From the NCBI RefSeq assembly GCF_009914755.1, contig NC_060927.1: 64,000 bases of DNA; one strand, written 5' to 3'. The position numbers were made by a program, and so were the translations under genes. Under the pieces are notes generated by a model that saw nothing but the letters and a program-made list of their open reading frames with translations, was not told the origin of the DNA and searched no databases. Below, in pieces: positions 16,492-30,989 of the stretch; positions within the stretch are counted from its first letter, which is position 1; every line of letters begins with the position of its first letter. Source of the stretch: the human T2T-CHM13v2.0 reference genome, Homo sapiens.

Positions 16492-17670
16492 CAGATGACC
16501 CTTGAACAACATGGAACTAAATTGTGTAGGTCCACTTATATGTGGGTTTTTAAAATAAATATATTGGAAAATGTTTTGAAGATTTGGAATGGTTTGAAAA
16601 AACTCACAGGCGAACCAAGTAGCCTAGAAATATTGAAAAAATTAAGAAAAAGGCATGTCATGAATGCATAAAATGTATGTAGACACTAGTCTATTTTGTC
16701 ATTTACTACCCTAAAATATGCACAAATCTATTATAAAAAGGTAAAATTTATCAAAACTTATGCACACAGACACTTAAGAAACTACATGGTGCTATTTGCA
16801 GTCAAGAGATGTAAAAAAACATAACGAAGAAGTATTAAATTGTAACTACGTAAAATTAACTGTAATATATACTATACAAATGTAATAATTTTGTAGCTAC
16901 CTCCTGTTGCTTTTGCAGTGAGCTCAGGCGTTGTGATTATCTCCTTAAAACACTGTGTGATAATCATGGCCATGTGAGCAGTTCTTCCCTTCAGGAAAAA
17001 GTGATCTTGAAGTTCTTGTGTATTTTTCATCATGTTTAGTGCAATTTCATAAGCTTTGGATAACAACAAAGGACACATTTAGCATGCCACTACCTGATGC
17101 TGGAAGTACTTTCAAGAAGCAGAGAAAAGTCATGACATTACAAAGAAAAAGTTGAATTGCTTGATGTGTACTGTAGAATGTGGTGTGCAGCTGTGGTTGC
17201 CCACTATTTCAAGATAAATGAATCCAGTGTAAGGACCATTAGATATGTATATATAAAGGAAATTTATGATGTTGTAGCTACAGCTATGCCAACAGGTGCA
17301 AAAACCATGTACTTTTTGCAAAATCTCTTATAATGAAAGCATAGTTTTTATGTGGGTGCAGAATTGTTATAAGAAAGGCATACCTGTAGACTCTAATATG
17401 ATTCAAGAAAAAACAAAGTCATTCCACAGAGTGAGCAGAGAGTGGTGAAAAGTCTCGGAGAGAAAAAAAAATCATTATATGGCAACTTAAAAGGTGAAAG
17501 ATCTAAAGCTGGATAATTTAATGCCAGCAAAGGATGGTTTGGTAATTTTTGAAAGAGGTTTGGCATAAAAAAGAAAAAGTCAAGATAACAGGGGAAGCAT
17601 CTTTTGCTGACCAAGATGCAGCAGACAAGTTCCCAGATGTCATTAAGAAAATCATTAAGAAGAAAGGGGG
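16492..17670 (+). mobile_element. Tigger2 (pogo-like DNA transposon), left part
   Basis: TIR CAGATGACCCTTGAACAAC; decayed transposase pieces (e.g. KITGEASFADQDAADKFPDVIKKII). Confidence 0.88.
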
Positions 17671-18214
17671 TTTTTGGTTTCTTTTTTATTGTTTTTGTAT
17701 TTGTTTGTTTTGTTTTTTTGCAGTAAAGAAAGTTTAATTGATATGAGGCCACTGTGGCATGTGGCAGATGGAGTTATTACTCAAATCAATCTCCGAAAAT
17801 TTGCAGGGTAGGGATTTTCAAGGATAGTTTGGCAGGCGGTGGGGCTAGGGTATGGGAGCTGCTGATTGATTGGGGATGCAGTCATAGGGGTGTAGAAAAT
17901 GGTCCATGTGTGAAGACGGAGAGTCCAAGTGGGGCATCAGTCATTAGAAATACAAAAGCCTGAAAAAACATCTCAAAAGGCCAATTGTAGGTTCTACAAT
18001 AGTGATGTTAATTACAGGAATAATTAGGGAAGTTGCAAATCCATTGGAATAATGGCTCCTAGTCATTTACACCTACATATTAGCAGAATGCAGACCCCTC
18101 TAATTCTCTTAACCTTTTGGCTTTTATTAGTTTTACAAAGATGGCTTAGTTTAAGGGATATTATTTAAACTATAAAGTTCTCCCAAAGTTAGATTGGCCC
18201 ATACCCAGAAATTG

Positions 18215-18567
18215 TGTATTAGTTTGTTCTCATGCTGTTAATAAAGACATACCTGAGACTGGGTAATTTATAAAGGAAAGAGGTTTAATTGGCTCACAGT
18301 TCCACATGGCTGGGGAGGCCTCACAATCATGGCTGAAGAACAAGGGATGTCTTACATGATGGCAGGCAACACAGAACTTGTGCAGGGGCGCTCCTCTTTA
18401 TAAAACCATCAGATCTTGTGAGACTTATTCACTATCATGAGAAGAGCATGATAAAGGTTCACCCTCATGATTCAATTATCTCCCACCAGGTCCCCCTCAC
18501 GATGTGGGAATTGTGAGAGCTACAATTCAAGATGAGATTTGGGTGGGGGCACAGCCAAACCATATCA
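18215..18567 (-). mobile_element. THE1-type MaLR solo LTR nested in the LTR8 U3
   Basis: TGTATTAGT..AATAAAGACATACCTGAGACTGGGTAATTTATAAAGG..CACAGCCAAACCATATCA. Confidence 0.9.
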
Positions 18568-21500
18568 AATGACCAAGGGCAGTTTGGAGGTTAAAGGCAA
18601 GACTGAATTTGGTTAGGTCAGAATTTTCTCACTGTTACAATTTTTGCAAAGACAGTTTTAATCCCCCTCCTTTGGGTTTCATCATACCTTATTTTTAATC
18701 TGTGTGTTATGGAAATGGAAAAAGGCCTACAGCCACTGTAACTTCTTCCTGCTCACAGGGGCAGATTTGGAGTGGGAGTTGCCCTCAGGGTAAGAGGAGT
18801 GAAACTGTCTTGTAATTGTTGGTATGTATTCATGTGTGCCAGGTTGAGATCCCAAGGTCTGCATAAGAAAACATTGGTGCTCTTATCCACAGCTTTCACA
18901 CAGCACTTAAGTGAACAGGTGGACTATAAGACAAATAATGAGCCCCAACATAAGGAGAGAAAGTCCTCACTTCAGGAATCCCTGTAGAACTGACCTGAAG
19001 CCTTAAGGGATACAGGTGAATGACCCCAAGAATCAATCAGATATGGGGTCATTAGCAGAGACTCAAACATAGTGGATAAGGCTGGAATCTAATAACAGTT
19101 GTACTATAGTTTTTTTCTGAAACAATTTTTCTCTCTCCAGTTCCCCATTTCTACCAAACACAAATCATAGTAGGACCAATTTATTTGCAAAATAAGTTCC
19201 AGTCCCATTATATTTGGCCTGGTTATTTGCATAAAATGCAGCAAGAATAGTTATTTGCCAAATAGGTTCTTTTTCTAAAAATAATTGGCTTTGCTGGAAT
19301 TTATTTCATAAGGAATCTCAGATTAGACCTTTTAAAAGTCTCTAGCCCAGCCAAGGATTCATCTGTGCCTGCACATACCTGTATGAATTGGGTGAATTTC
19401 TCTCTTCTTGAGGTCCCACAATAACTTGGGATTCCTGGGTCTGTCAGAAAGTGACATTCTTTATTTACTACGGGTTAGGAGCCCTGTAAAGGACAAGGTA
19501 TGAGACCAGTATTTCCAAGGGGCTGTTATCAGCTCTGTAAGTCAACCTCAGTTACTCAAAGCAGCCTGAAACCATGCCATTTCCAGTCAAAGCCTTGGTA
19601 AAATAATCAGTGTCTCCAGTTGTGTCCTGTTGCAAAAAACAAAGCAAAACAAAAAACATTCTTATTGAACTTATGCAAAAAACTATATTGCCATATGCTA
19701 AGAAGACTCATAATTAGTTTCAAAATTCTGGAGAAATCACGTAGAGAGAAAGAAATATGCTCCAAAGTTTGCAGATAGAAATATGCTTCATTCAATTGTT
19801 AAAAGCTATAAACAGCTCAAAAGGAAAGTTGTTATGTGTTTTGACCCTGAAAAACAAAAAGGATCAGAAACATTTCAAACAAATAGTCATAGAAAGATTA
19901 TTTCATTATTCTCTTAGTTCAGTCCATACAGTTAATTCCTGTTCTGTTTGATATTCATGAACACTTCAGCTCTTCCTGAGAGTCCTAGAAGTTTCTCCCT
20001 CTATATTAATGGCACAATCTTTAAAGATATCAGAAATCTGCATTCAAGAGCACCTGTTAGAGTTCCATAGCTGATTATAAAATCACCTTTTGAAAAGGAT
20101 CAAAGTAAAAATAACTGTGGATGACAAGAGGCTTAAACAGCTATGGTTTAAGACTCAATTAACAAGGAAATTTGGTTATTTTTGTGGCATACAATTTAAT
20201 ATAACAATTATTATTACTGATAACATACACTAAGTCATATTGAAATTATAGGAATCTTGCACAATTCTGGAACACATACCAATAACACTTTCATATAAAT
20301 ACAGCCCAAAGAAAGCCAAATACCAATTCATACTTGACAGTGCTCACTCTATGATGTCAACATGCCAAATAAGCCAGATGTCTCTTTTGGACTTCAGGGG
20401 ACCTAATATTGAAAAAATTAATGAAATCAAAAGGACTGAATTTAGAACTTGAAATTTTGATTTTGGAAGGTTTGTCAAATATCAAAGGTTTAGAATACTT
20501 ACTGTTATAAAATAGTATCATTGGTTATTCATTTAGCAGAAGTGATAACTCAAAAATTTCAAAAGGCAAAAACCTAAACAGCATACCCAATAAAGGTAGC
20601 ATGTGGCTACCTGAATCTCTCTTTCCCCTTTTTTCCTTTTTTTTTTTTTGCAGTTTACTTAAAAGGCAAAAACATTTCATTGTGGCTCAGTATTACAAAA
20701 AAACTTTGTTCAAAAGAGGAAAACCAAATTTTACCTTTTTATTAATGTACTATTAATGTTAGGCCCAATTTTTTAATAAAACCTTATAAACAAATCTATA
20801 CAGTCTTAATCAGTTTGACCATAAGGTAAGATTTTCCTAAACATCCCCCCATAACTTTTTATAATTTATTACAGGGCAGACCCCCATAACTTTTTATAAT
20901 TTATTAAAGAGCAGATCAATGTTCTAAGAAAACCATTATTCTGACACATGGGTCCAGATTCTGGCCTTGTAACAGTGTGCTTTTTATTTTAATGTTTTAA
21001 TTTATAGAAAAACTAAATAATCCCGTTCAACTTTTGGCTACATTGCTCACACCCACAGAGCTTCCTTTACAAGATCAATGTATTATAAATCTTTTACAAC
21101 TTGCTTAAACCTTCAGTATTGTCATATCTTTTTGGGACAATCCTCAAAAATCTCCAAACTCAACGTGATTACTTTCCTTTGAACAAAAGCCATATTTCCA
21201 AGACAAAAACACATTCTACTTCCTTTATATAACTTGTATATAAACTTTCTCTAGTAGTCTCAATGTTAATATGTTAACTCTTAGTCACTTTTATTTCTGG
21301 TTAGGAACCTGGTAAGTAAGTAATTTTAACCATGTATCAGATTGCAGAGCCTAGGACAAGAACAGAGCTTTAGACAGTGTCTGACTCTTCCTAGCCTAGT
21401 CAGAGGACAGGGCTAACTCCATATGTCCCCAGATCTTACCTAAAATCTAATGACTGAAGAATAGACAAGTCAATTTTCAAAAATATCATAGAAGTAGTTT

Positions 21501-22590
21501 ATAACCTTAAAACGTATAGCAAAGACAGAATTCAGTCTGCCTACTGTAGACCAAATGTCTAAATTTTGAAGATGTTTTTATTTTACCAATAATCTTTAAA
21601 ACTATACTTAACAAAGATTTCTAAAGTCATCTACACTAAAAGGCATTAAATTTTCTATTTTTCTGACAAAATATTTTATTTTAGGGCTCATTCTTCCCTA
21701 AACCAGTTAATTAGAGTTCTTTATGTAAACATCCCACACACAACACATATAATTACATGGAAGGAAATGGATCTGGTAGTTGTAAGATTTTTTTGTTTGC
21801 CAGTTTTTAAGTTTCTATTTCCTATTTTAGACTATCAGTTTCTTGATTACCTATTCCCTGCCCTAAACAATTGTCAGCTAGGCAACTCTAAATTTGCATT
21901 TCTAAAGGGACAGCTCCTAGGTGAAACAGGATAGAGAACTTATATTTTAAAAGCACAGAGCTGAGACATTAAGCCAAAACATTGTATGATAATAGTTTCT
22001 AATATACACAGGCAGGCACCCTTACCAATGGGGGTTTTCTTAAATATGTAAATTTCTAAATTGGATTTGTGGCTTCAGGGTGGAGCCCTTCAAGGAACAG
22101 GGCCAAGAAAGCGTGCAGCTTCCAGGGCCTGACAGGCAGAGCTGTAAGATAGAACAGATCCCCAAAAATCAAGGGCTCCGTTTTTACGCCTAATCCTGGG
22201 TCCCCCAAAAGAGAAACGCTATAGGACGAGATAGTGATTTTATGGTGTATCTCATTGCAAGGACATTTTTCACTGAGGCTACTGGGCAACCCAAAGCCAA
22301 TCAGCTCAATCTGTAATCAGTCCATTCCCCAATCCATACTTTCCGGGTCCCCAAGAACATGGTTTTCTTATTCGGTGTGCAAAGAACCAAGTATCACCCT
22401 GTAGTAACTCAATTGTAAGCATCTGCCATTAGCCATCCCTAAGAGTATATCTCTTACCTAGCTATTACACACCAAGGCTAAAAGTTCTCTCGTAAAGCCT
22501 CTCTCATAAAGCGATTCCTTCCTCCCTTCCTTCCTTCCTTCCTTCCTCGCTCCCTCCCTCTCTCCCTCCCCCCAAGTCTTGCTCTGTCTC

Positions 22591-22903
<313 letters not shown>

Positions 22904-25714
22904 AAAGCAAAGTAATTTCTGATATCCTCAAAAGTTAAAAAGGTCGGATAATGTAATGCAAAACAGAGCAGAGTCATAAATTTTGAGAAGGATTTGTTTA
23001 CTTACAATTTTGTGGGTTTCATGAGGAAAACAGGTTTTTCCCTAAATGGGGCCCGTGGTACCTCCTCTGTTTCTCCTAAGGAATCCCAGGCTGGCAAAAA
23101 GAAGTAAATGGAGAAACAATTCAGCCAACCAAGAAGAAAAAAAAAGCTTTTTCTCAAAAAAAACAAGATCCAAGAAGAGAAAAGGCATAAAGACCTTTAA
23201 AATATATGTATAGTGTAAATATCAACTTTTAGTTAAGCCAACTTTTAACCATAGAGCTTCGTTAAAGAAATCCTTTTAAATCTTTTATTACTATACTCTA
23301 GCCAGGACAAACAGCCTCTGGCTTTTAAGCTTTTTTCCCCCTCAAAGGTCTCCTCCTAAGTGAAACCAGTAAGTCTTATCTAAGATTATGACTTATCGAT
23401 GGATGCATGAGGTGTCTCCAAAGAGACAGCAAGCATTTTTACAATATGTAGAATAGCCCCTGAGGTAGCTCAGAGAAAAGAAAATTCAAGACAGGAAATC
23501 AGAAGCTGTCCATGGAGAAGAAAAGAATCAATAAATGGCAAAAGTCCCACAAGTATCCAACCAGAAAGGACTCATTCCCAAAGCCAGCAATTGAGCCCAG
23601 ACTGCTACTATAAAAGGGTAGTCTTAGCTACTGAGCTACAGCATGGGGCAGCTGCCATTAGTCTTCCAGGAAGGAGTCTGGGGCAGTCATTTTCAAGCTT
23701 GTAAAGGATTGTAACTGCTCAAGAGAATTTTCTGAAGCTAGTTAGGACATTATTCATCCTTTTTAAAAACTTTAATTATGGAGAATAAAAGATTTCTAAA
23801 ATTCCTTTTAAAAAAAATGGTATACTCAGTTTCAGTAGTGACTTAATCTGAGTCTTTTACAAGCCCAGATGTTAATGTTCCAGGATTTTATCATATAAGC
23901 AAGAGGTATTCTTAGAGAGGGGATAGAGGAGATATCTCCATCGTCCCCAAGAATTCACTCTCTGTAATGGGCTTAAGATAACAAAAGATGACAAGAGCCC
24001 TGTAGAAATGGGATCTTTTAAGACAAGACTCACCCAAAGGCATGACACATTTGGGATGAAGAGTGTGCTGACTCATCTCAGACACCCGGTCCTCTCATAC
24101 TGACATGAACTGAAAAATTCCTGCCCTTTGGATGGTGGAGACTGAGAGTGTACCTCCACATGGTCAACAGAGTCAAGCTCCCAAGGACGTAAAACAAGAT
24201 GAGAAGGAAATCTCGTCCAGTTTTTGTTTCAGGGACCTGCAGCAAAGTTTGTAACTGACCAGCCCACAGGGCCAGCTTGAGCATTGGGCTTATAGGGATC
24301 CTAGGCCCTTGTTCTATCCTACGGTGCCCCTCTCCATGACAGAAGACACATAAAGATAAAAACTGAGAGGAAAGGAGTGAAACAATGTGAATATTCATAG
24401 CACAAAGTGCACTAGATTTGCTACAGCCTCAGACTAATCACACAAATCCTTTTTCCCATTAATCAGACTTTGCAAAGGAGACAGTGATTTTTACCATCAG
24501 TTTGCGCAGAAAGAGGCCAGAAGCCTGGCTGGTAGGAAATTCTTACCCTTTTGCCGGCATGCTAGCTTTCCAGGTTCCTTATCTCTCAGCAGCTTTGGTG
24601 ATGCTGCTTGCTGTACCATAGCTGTGGGGGCCATGCTGCATTACAAAAGAAAATCATCTCTTTCTGTTTCATGGAATCATAGTCAAAAACCTCATTTTGC
24701 AAGATGTAGCCAGGCTACATGGGGGAACCAAAATGACGTTTTTTATTCCAGGCAGAGGAAAATACACATGACAAAACACAGACACCAGTCACCCCGCTTA
24801 GCATCCAAGTATTGACCTGGCAAGGCTTAAACTTGCCTCTGTTGGCCCGTGTTGTCTTTGATCCACTCAAAGTGGGGTGGGGTGTTCTCCAACCAGGAGT
24901 TTCAACAGGTGATCTTTAAGCAACATGGAAGAGTGGATAGTCACCCTGAGTTAGACCTGTTGAACTTTGTTCATGGCTCACAGAATGTGACCAACCAGAC
25001 AAACTAGTACAGTCTCCTGGACTTTCATCAGCAATTCTTTCAGGGAATTCTCTCCATATATACAAATACGCACAATGAGATAAAGACAAACAAAAAGGCC
25101 TTCCAAACCAGGATTCCTAACCAAAAATTTCCAGGAGTAATTCTTCTGAACTAACCTCTTATTCTCTAACTGGGGAGACATCTCCCCAAACCCAGAGTCT
25201 TCCTACTATTTTGGGAGAGCCAGCTAATACCCCCAAAGGAGCCAAACCAAGACACTTGAAGGAGCAGAACCAAGAACCCCAGTGGAGCCAAACCAACTGG
25301 GAGAAGGAAGAAGGTTCTGACTGTGCTTAGAATACTCAGCAGACCAGTTTAAAGATGTCTTTCTAGGAAGGATGTCTTTCTCCACTGCAATTAGGCCCAA
25401 GCACTGTGGGTCAGCAGGGCCTCACTGGGCAAGGACAGCACCAGACATGGCCTTCAGTTCCAGAGAAATAAGCAGCTGCCAGAGCTCACCTCCAATTCCA
25501 ACATACTGGTGGGGGGCTGACAAACTGCAGGCAGGCACCCACAAAGGCAGATCCCAGACAGACCCCCAAACTTATAATAGCCCGATGGGTTCTTCCTCCC
25601 ACACAGATGAAATCAAGCCACTGAGACCAAGCCATTGCAGTAGAGAAAGAGTTTAATGGAAACGAGGATGGCCATGCCACAGAGGAGATGGAGTTATTAC
25701 TCAAATCAATCTCC

Positions 25715-27033
25715 TAAACAGGTTTTTAACACAAACAAAAGTGCCCTATTCTGGAAAAAAAAAGGACACAAAATGCATTAGTAAGGAGGAGACGTGAGCA
25801 CCAGGATTTAAGGAAGGAAGGGATAGGCCAAATCTGTTGTTTTGTGCAAATGTAGTCAGGTTTATGATCAGGACTGCCCTTATCTATAAAACTGCTAATC
25901 TCTAGCCTTGATGGGAAAAGATAAACATCAGGTGTTAGTCTTTTGGTTGTACAACACAAAGGCTTGGACAAGGAGATTGCTTTTTCTAGACTGAGTCCAT
26001 CAATGCTTTGTCTCTGAAGTCAGGAAGTACCTCAACAGTAGTCTATGGAAAGGACTGTCAATGCTATGGAAGAGAACCCTGACAGAACATTACCAAAACC
26101 TTGAAAGATTACACCATTGAAGATGCCATCATTCTTATAGAAAAAGCTGTGAAAGTCATCAGGCCTGGAACAAGAAATTCCTTCTAGAGAAAACTGTCCA
26201 GACGTTGTGCATGACTTCAAAGGATTTACAATGGAGCCAATAAAGGAAATTATAAAAGAGATTGTGGATATGGCAAAAAAGGTCAGAGGGTGAAGGGTTT
26301 CAAGATACTAATCTTGGAGAAATTCAGGAGCTAACAGACATCACACAAGAGGAATTAGCAGAGGACAACTTGGAGATGATTTTTTTTTCTGAATCAGTGC
26401 AGACAATGAGAAAGAAGACATAGTAGAGGCAGTGCTAGAAAACAAATTGATGCTAGATAATATGGCAGAAGGGTTTCAATTATTCGAGACTGCTTCTCAC
26501 TTCTTTTACAACATGAACCTTCCTATGATATGGGCGCTGAAACTAAAGCAAACGTTGGAAGAAGGATTGGCACTATATAGAAACATTTTTAGAGAAATGA
26601 AAAAGCAAAAAAGTTCGACAGAAGTTATGACATATTTCCTCAAAGTTACTCCAAGCGTGCCTGTCTTTTTTGCCTCCCCTTCCACTTTCTCCACCTGTGT
26701 CATCCCTGAGACAGCAACACCAACCCCTCCTCTTCCTCTTCCTCCTCAGCCTGCTCAATGTGAACATGAGGATGAAGACATTTTTGATGATCCACTTAAT
26801 GAAGATTAAATATATTTCCTCTTTCTTATGATGATTTTCTTAACATTTTCTTTTCTCTAGCTTACTTTATAAAATATGCATTAATTGAATGTTTATATTA
26901 TCAGCAAGGCTTCCTGTCAACAGTAGGCTATTAGTAGTTAAGTTTTTGGGGAGTCAGAAGTTGTACATGGATTTTCAACTATGTGGAGGGGAGGTTCACA
27001 CCCCTAATGTCCATGTTGTTCAAAGGTCAACTA
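25715..27033 (+). mobile_element. Tigger2, right part
   Basis: Transposase sequence resumes (AACAGGTTTTTAA..GTGCCCTATTCTGG); ORF 26432-26809 is a C-terminal remnant; right TIR GTTGTTCAAAGGTCAAC followed by TA. Confidence 0.88.
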
Positions 27034-28595
27034 TATATCAACTCATTTAATCTAATTAACACGCAGTTCTTTAGTTTTTATGCTGTTCTCTTCCCTGTTA
27101 GTTCACATCTGTACCCAGGACAAGGCATTTTCCCCATATTTAGCTTGCAATCCATACATTGTTAATAGTATATTTTTAAAAATCTCTTTGAAAAAGATTG
27201 ACTTAAATTGTGAGTTATAACCTCAAACTTTATCATCAATCTTTCGGGTTTTTCAGTAAATCTAGTTAACTCTTAATTAACAACTAATCTGTTACATTTT
27301 GATTAAAATTTGCAGTCAGCTCTCAGATATGCTTTTGTCCATTGTGCATGTACCTTTGGGCTGCCTGTTAGCATTAACCATGCCATCGATTTAACTTGAT
27401 GCTTACTGTTGCTGCCTGCCCTTCAGATTTATGTAAACTGTAACCCAGCAGGAACAGGAAGAGAAGTCCATTTACATTTACCATAAAAGACCTTTTAAAT
27501 CATTACATTCAATTATCTTCACCTTTTAAGTTAGGTGTAAAAGAGTAAGCACAGAGAGGGTTCAGCTATACTTGTACTCACCTGAGAAATGGTGCTTATA
27601 TATATTTGAAGACATGAAATATCCTTCCTCTTGCCCTGAACTAAGTCCCTTTCTTGTACTAGCCTAGGTATGGTGGAAAATAAAAGAAACAAAGCAAAGC
27701 AAACAAAATCTACACGAATCAATAGCTGCACTTCAGACCCTAATCACCTCTCAGGCAGAGGATGTACAATGACATGATAAAAAATAGCTCTAGAAGACAG
27801 TGTGTGATTTAGTGCCATGTAAGATAGTATCTGCTGTGAGAATGAAGAAGGCAGAAAGAGGAATCCCTGCATGGTGGGATGGCCAGAGGGGGAACTTTAT
27901 GCTGGTGGTGAAACTGGAGTTGCCTCTTGAAGGCCTAGTATTTCCACAGGCAGCGGGTAAGGCATCCTAGGCCAAAGGAACAGAAGCTTTCTGGTGAGAA
28001 AAGCTGGCCAAGTTAGAGAATGTTTAACAACTTCAGTGTTTTGAAAATATAAAATATGTATTTATTTTTATAAGGTTTTTATGAGAGTTATAGAGGGTTT
28101 TCTCTCATGTTTGAGATACTTTACAAGTAAATTGTTTAAAAAATACTAAAACCAAGCATTTCATAAATCTGCAGATAAGAGTCTAAAGCAAGAATGGCAG
28201 GCAGCCATCCAGGCAGTACAGAGAAGTGGGGACACCAAAAGAGGCTCAGCTGCCTAAGGTCCTAGACAAGTGTGCTAGTCGTAGACTTGGTCATATAAAG
28301 TGCAGCTTTGCACTTTTTCAGACCTAAGTTAGATGCATTTATACAACAAGTATTTATTATGCCTATTATGTGCCAGTCCCTGTTTGGGGTGCTTGATTTT
28401 AAAGTAGCCAGAATATGTATATACATCCCAAAGCCTATGACAGTACCGTCTTTTAGAATAAATGTGTTACATAACTTCTTACCTATATTTGATTTATCTA
28501 GATTGTCTGTAATTTCACTTAATTTCCTAGTGACTGGGCAGTGTATTTAATCAGCTGCGTGTGTTATTCTATACAGAATAATATTAGAGAGAGAG

Positions 28596-28903
28596 ATCGG
28601 GGTCCCCAAACCCCTGGCCGCTGACTAGTACCACTCACACAGCCCGAGGTGAGTGGCAAGCCAGTGAGCATTACCGTCTGAGCTCTGCCTCCTGTCAGAT
28701 CAGCAGCAGCATTAGATTCTCATAGGAGCAGGAACTGCACATGCAAGGGTTCTAGGTTGTGTGCTGCTTATGAGAATCTAACTAATGCCTGATGATCCGA
28801 GGTGGAACAATTTCATCCCAAAATCATCCCCATCCCCCCAGTCCATGGGAAAATTGTCTTCCACAAAATCAGTCTCTGGTGCCAAAAAAATTGGGGACTG
28901 CTG
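28596..28903. mobile_element. MER1B-like hAT/Charlie MITE
   Basis: GGGGTCCCCAA...TTGGGGACTGCTG termini; GCCTCCTGTCAGATCAGCAGCAGCATTAGATTCTCATAGGAGC core. Confidence 0.85.
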
Positions 28904-30556
28904 ATTAGATATATAGCTTATAGTGGTAACAGGAGCCATTTAGATTAGAACCATTTCATTTTAATGTGAAGAAACAAAGACTTTTTTTCATAATAGCTTG
29001 GAAATGGCTCTATTTCTCTATTGAAGAAAAAAGGACCTGAGATGTGTGGATCAGTGTGCAGTGACAGGTCTTTCAAAGGCTTTTTTTTTTCTTTCTTGTT
29101 CTGTTAACTTTTTATGTTACTTTTTATGCTGGCTTCTCTTTCTAGAGAAGTCCCTGCTGTTTCCTTTTTTTTCTGTGTGTAGGCAAGGAAGGTGAGTGTA
29201 GAAATCAGGGAAGAGAAGGTGAGAGCCTTTCCTATTTATTTCTTTGTGTATTTTTGCTATGTGATATGGAAACAGATGGCTGGTAAATTAGAATTTGAAA
29301 ATGACTATGCCACACTGTACTATTAATGCCAAAATGAGTAGTAGTAGAAAAAGGAGAGTTACAAAAAATGTAAAGGTGGTAGGGGAGATGGCTACCAAAG
29401 AAAAAGTGTAGAGAAGAACTATGATGATAAAAAGCTACAGTTAGAGAATCCATTGCCTGATTAGAAGGCTAAGATTGTTAAAGCATTTTCCCCTGGTCTC
29501 ATCTCCTCAGGGAATTTTAGGGAAGAAGGAATAAGATAATCTTTGACTCTCATGTCCAGGTCTTTTTCCTTTTTTATCACAGTTTCTGACTGAGCATAGT
29601 ATACTTGTCAGACTTCCATCTTCTTAAGTGGCAGAAAATGTAAAAGCGGCCCATGGGCTAGACAGCAAAATCACATTTGGCTCCTTTTTCTACTGCTGCA
29701 CTCTACAGGTTAATTCTGTATGTATTTAGATCATATCTCTAAATCTGTTCTCTCTCCAGGCTGAGCTGACTCCTACCTGTCCCTGACCTCGGATAACCAG
29801 CAGACTTACTAGCATTTTCATCAAGTATTCTGAAAGCAGAATATACTTGAAATTATAGTACTGTTCTAGGTTTAGGATTTTATTGCCACAATTTAAGACT
29901 AAAACAACACTTACAGATCAGCAAAGTAATACTGTAATTGTATATCTCTTCCCCTCATGAATGTCAATCCATTTTAGAGACATATGGACTCCTCTTTTTA
30001 GAAAAGAGCAATGAATAATTTTCCTTTTGCTGTTTTTGCTTGGGGACATATGTGGAAATCAAAACAACAGCAACAAACTAGTGGAAAAATCAGTTAGTTT
30101 GCAGAAAGTGGAACTGATCTTTTGTTTTTTTAAAATGGTGACAAAATGAACACTTGTAATAGGATTTTAACTTCAGGAAATCTTTATTACCACAGGACAC
30201 AAAAGTAAAAAAAAAGAGACCAGAGTTGTTTATTTTGCAAAACAGAAGTAGCGATACAAGGGCTAGAGAGCGCACTGTTCTCTCAGGGATAACAATCCCT
30301 TTCCCCAGCAGTAACAGCTCATTTTGTCCTGTTTCAGTAAAGTAATTTTAGTACTTTGGAACTTTGAAATTTATCCAGAATAACAGTTTTATATTTCCAA
30401 GCACAGATGGTCATTGCCAGAAAAAATAAACTTAATTTCCAGGTTATTTTGGGCCACTGTGGCTAGGTTCAGATTTTTTGTTGAGTTGAAGTGGAAGAAA
30501 AGGAAAAAGAAAGTGGTCATACAAATGTTAGACCTAGCATCCTGGGAAAGTTGTGA

Positions 30557-30576
30557 TGTGTGTGTGTGTGTGTGTG
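30557..30576. repeat. (TG)n microsatellite
   Basis: Direct reading. Confidence 0.85.
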
Positions 30577-30989
30577 GACGTTTATGTGTGATGTGTTTTT
30601 AAGCAATTGTAGTTTTATTAAAACCTTATGACAAAGGGAATAGGAAGCTGTATAATTTTTGGAGAGACTATTCACTTATTTTTGTGACCCAAGGTAGTTC
30701 ATTAGAAAAAGCATTTTCTTCAAAATATTATTATGAATCTTGAAAAATCTGAATTTGCCAATTTGTAGTCAAAAATACTTTTGCCAACTGACCATAGAAG
30801 GTCATTGAGTTTACTAAGGTGAGGATTCCCAGTGGAAAAATAGGTATTGGAGGAAATATACTTTGGAAGTATATATAGATAGACATAGGCATATCATTTA
30901 TAATTTACATAGGGTAAAGCCAACATTTCTGATATTGCTCAATAACATGTCTTTATGGATGAATCTCTGGTATTTTAGTCCCAGATTGA

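Noticed and set aside
26432-26809. 125-aa Tigger-derived ORF as a possible domesticated TIGD-like gene
   Set aside because: The upstream transposase is broken by stops, frameshifts and an 8 kb insertion; only a C-terminal remnant is open.
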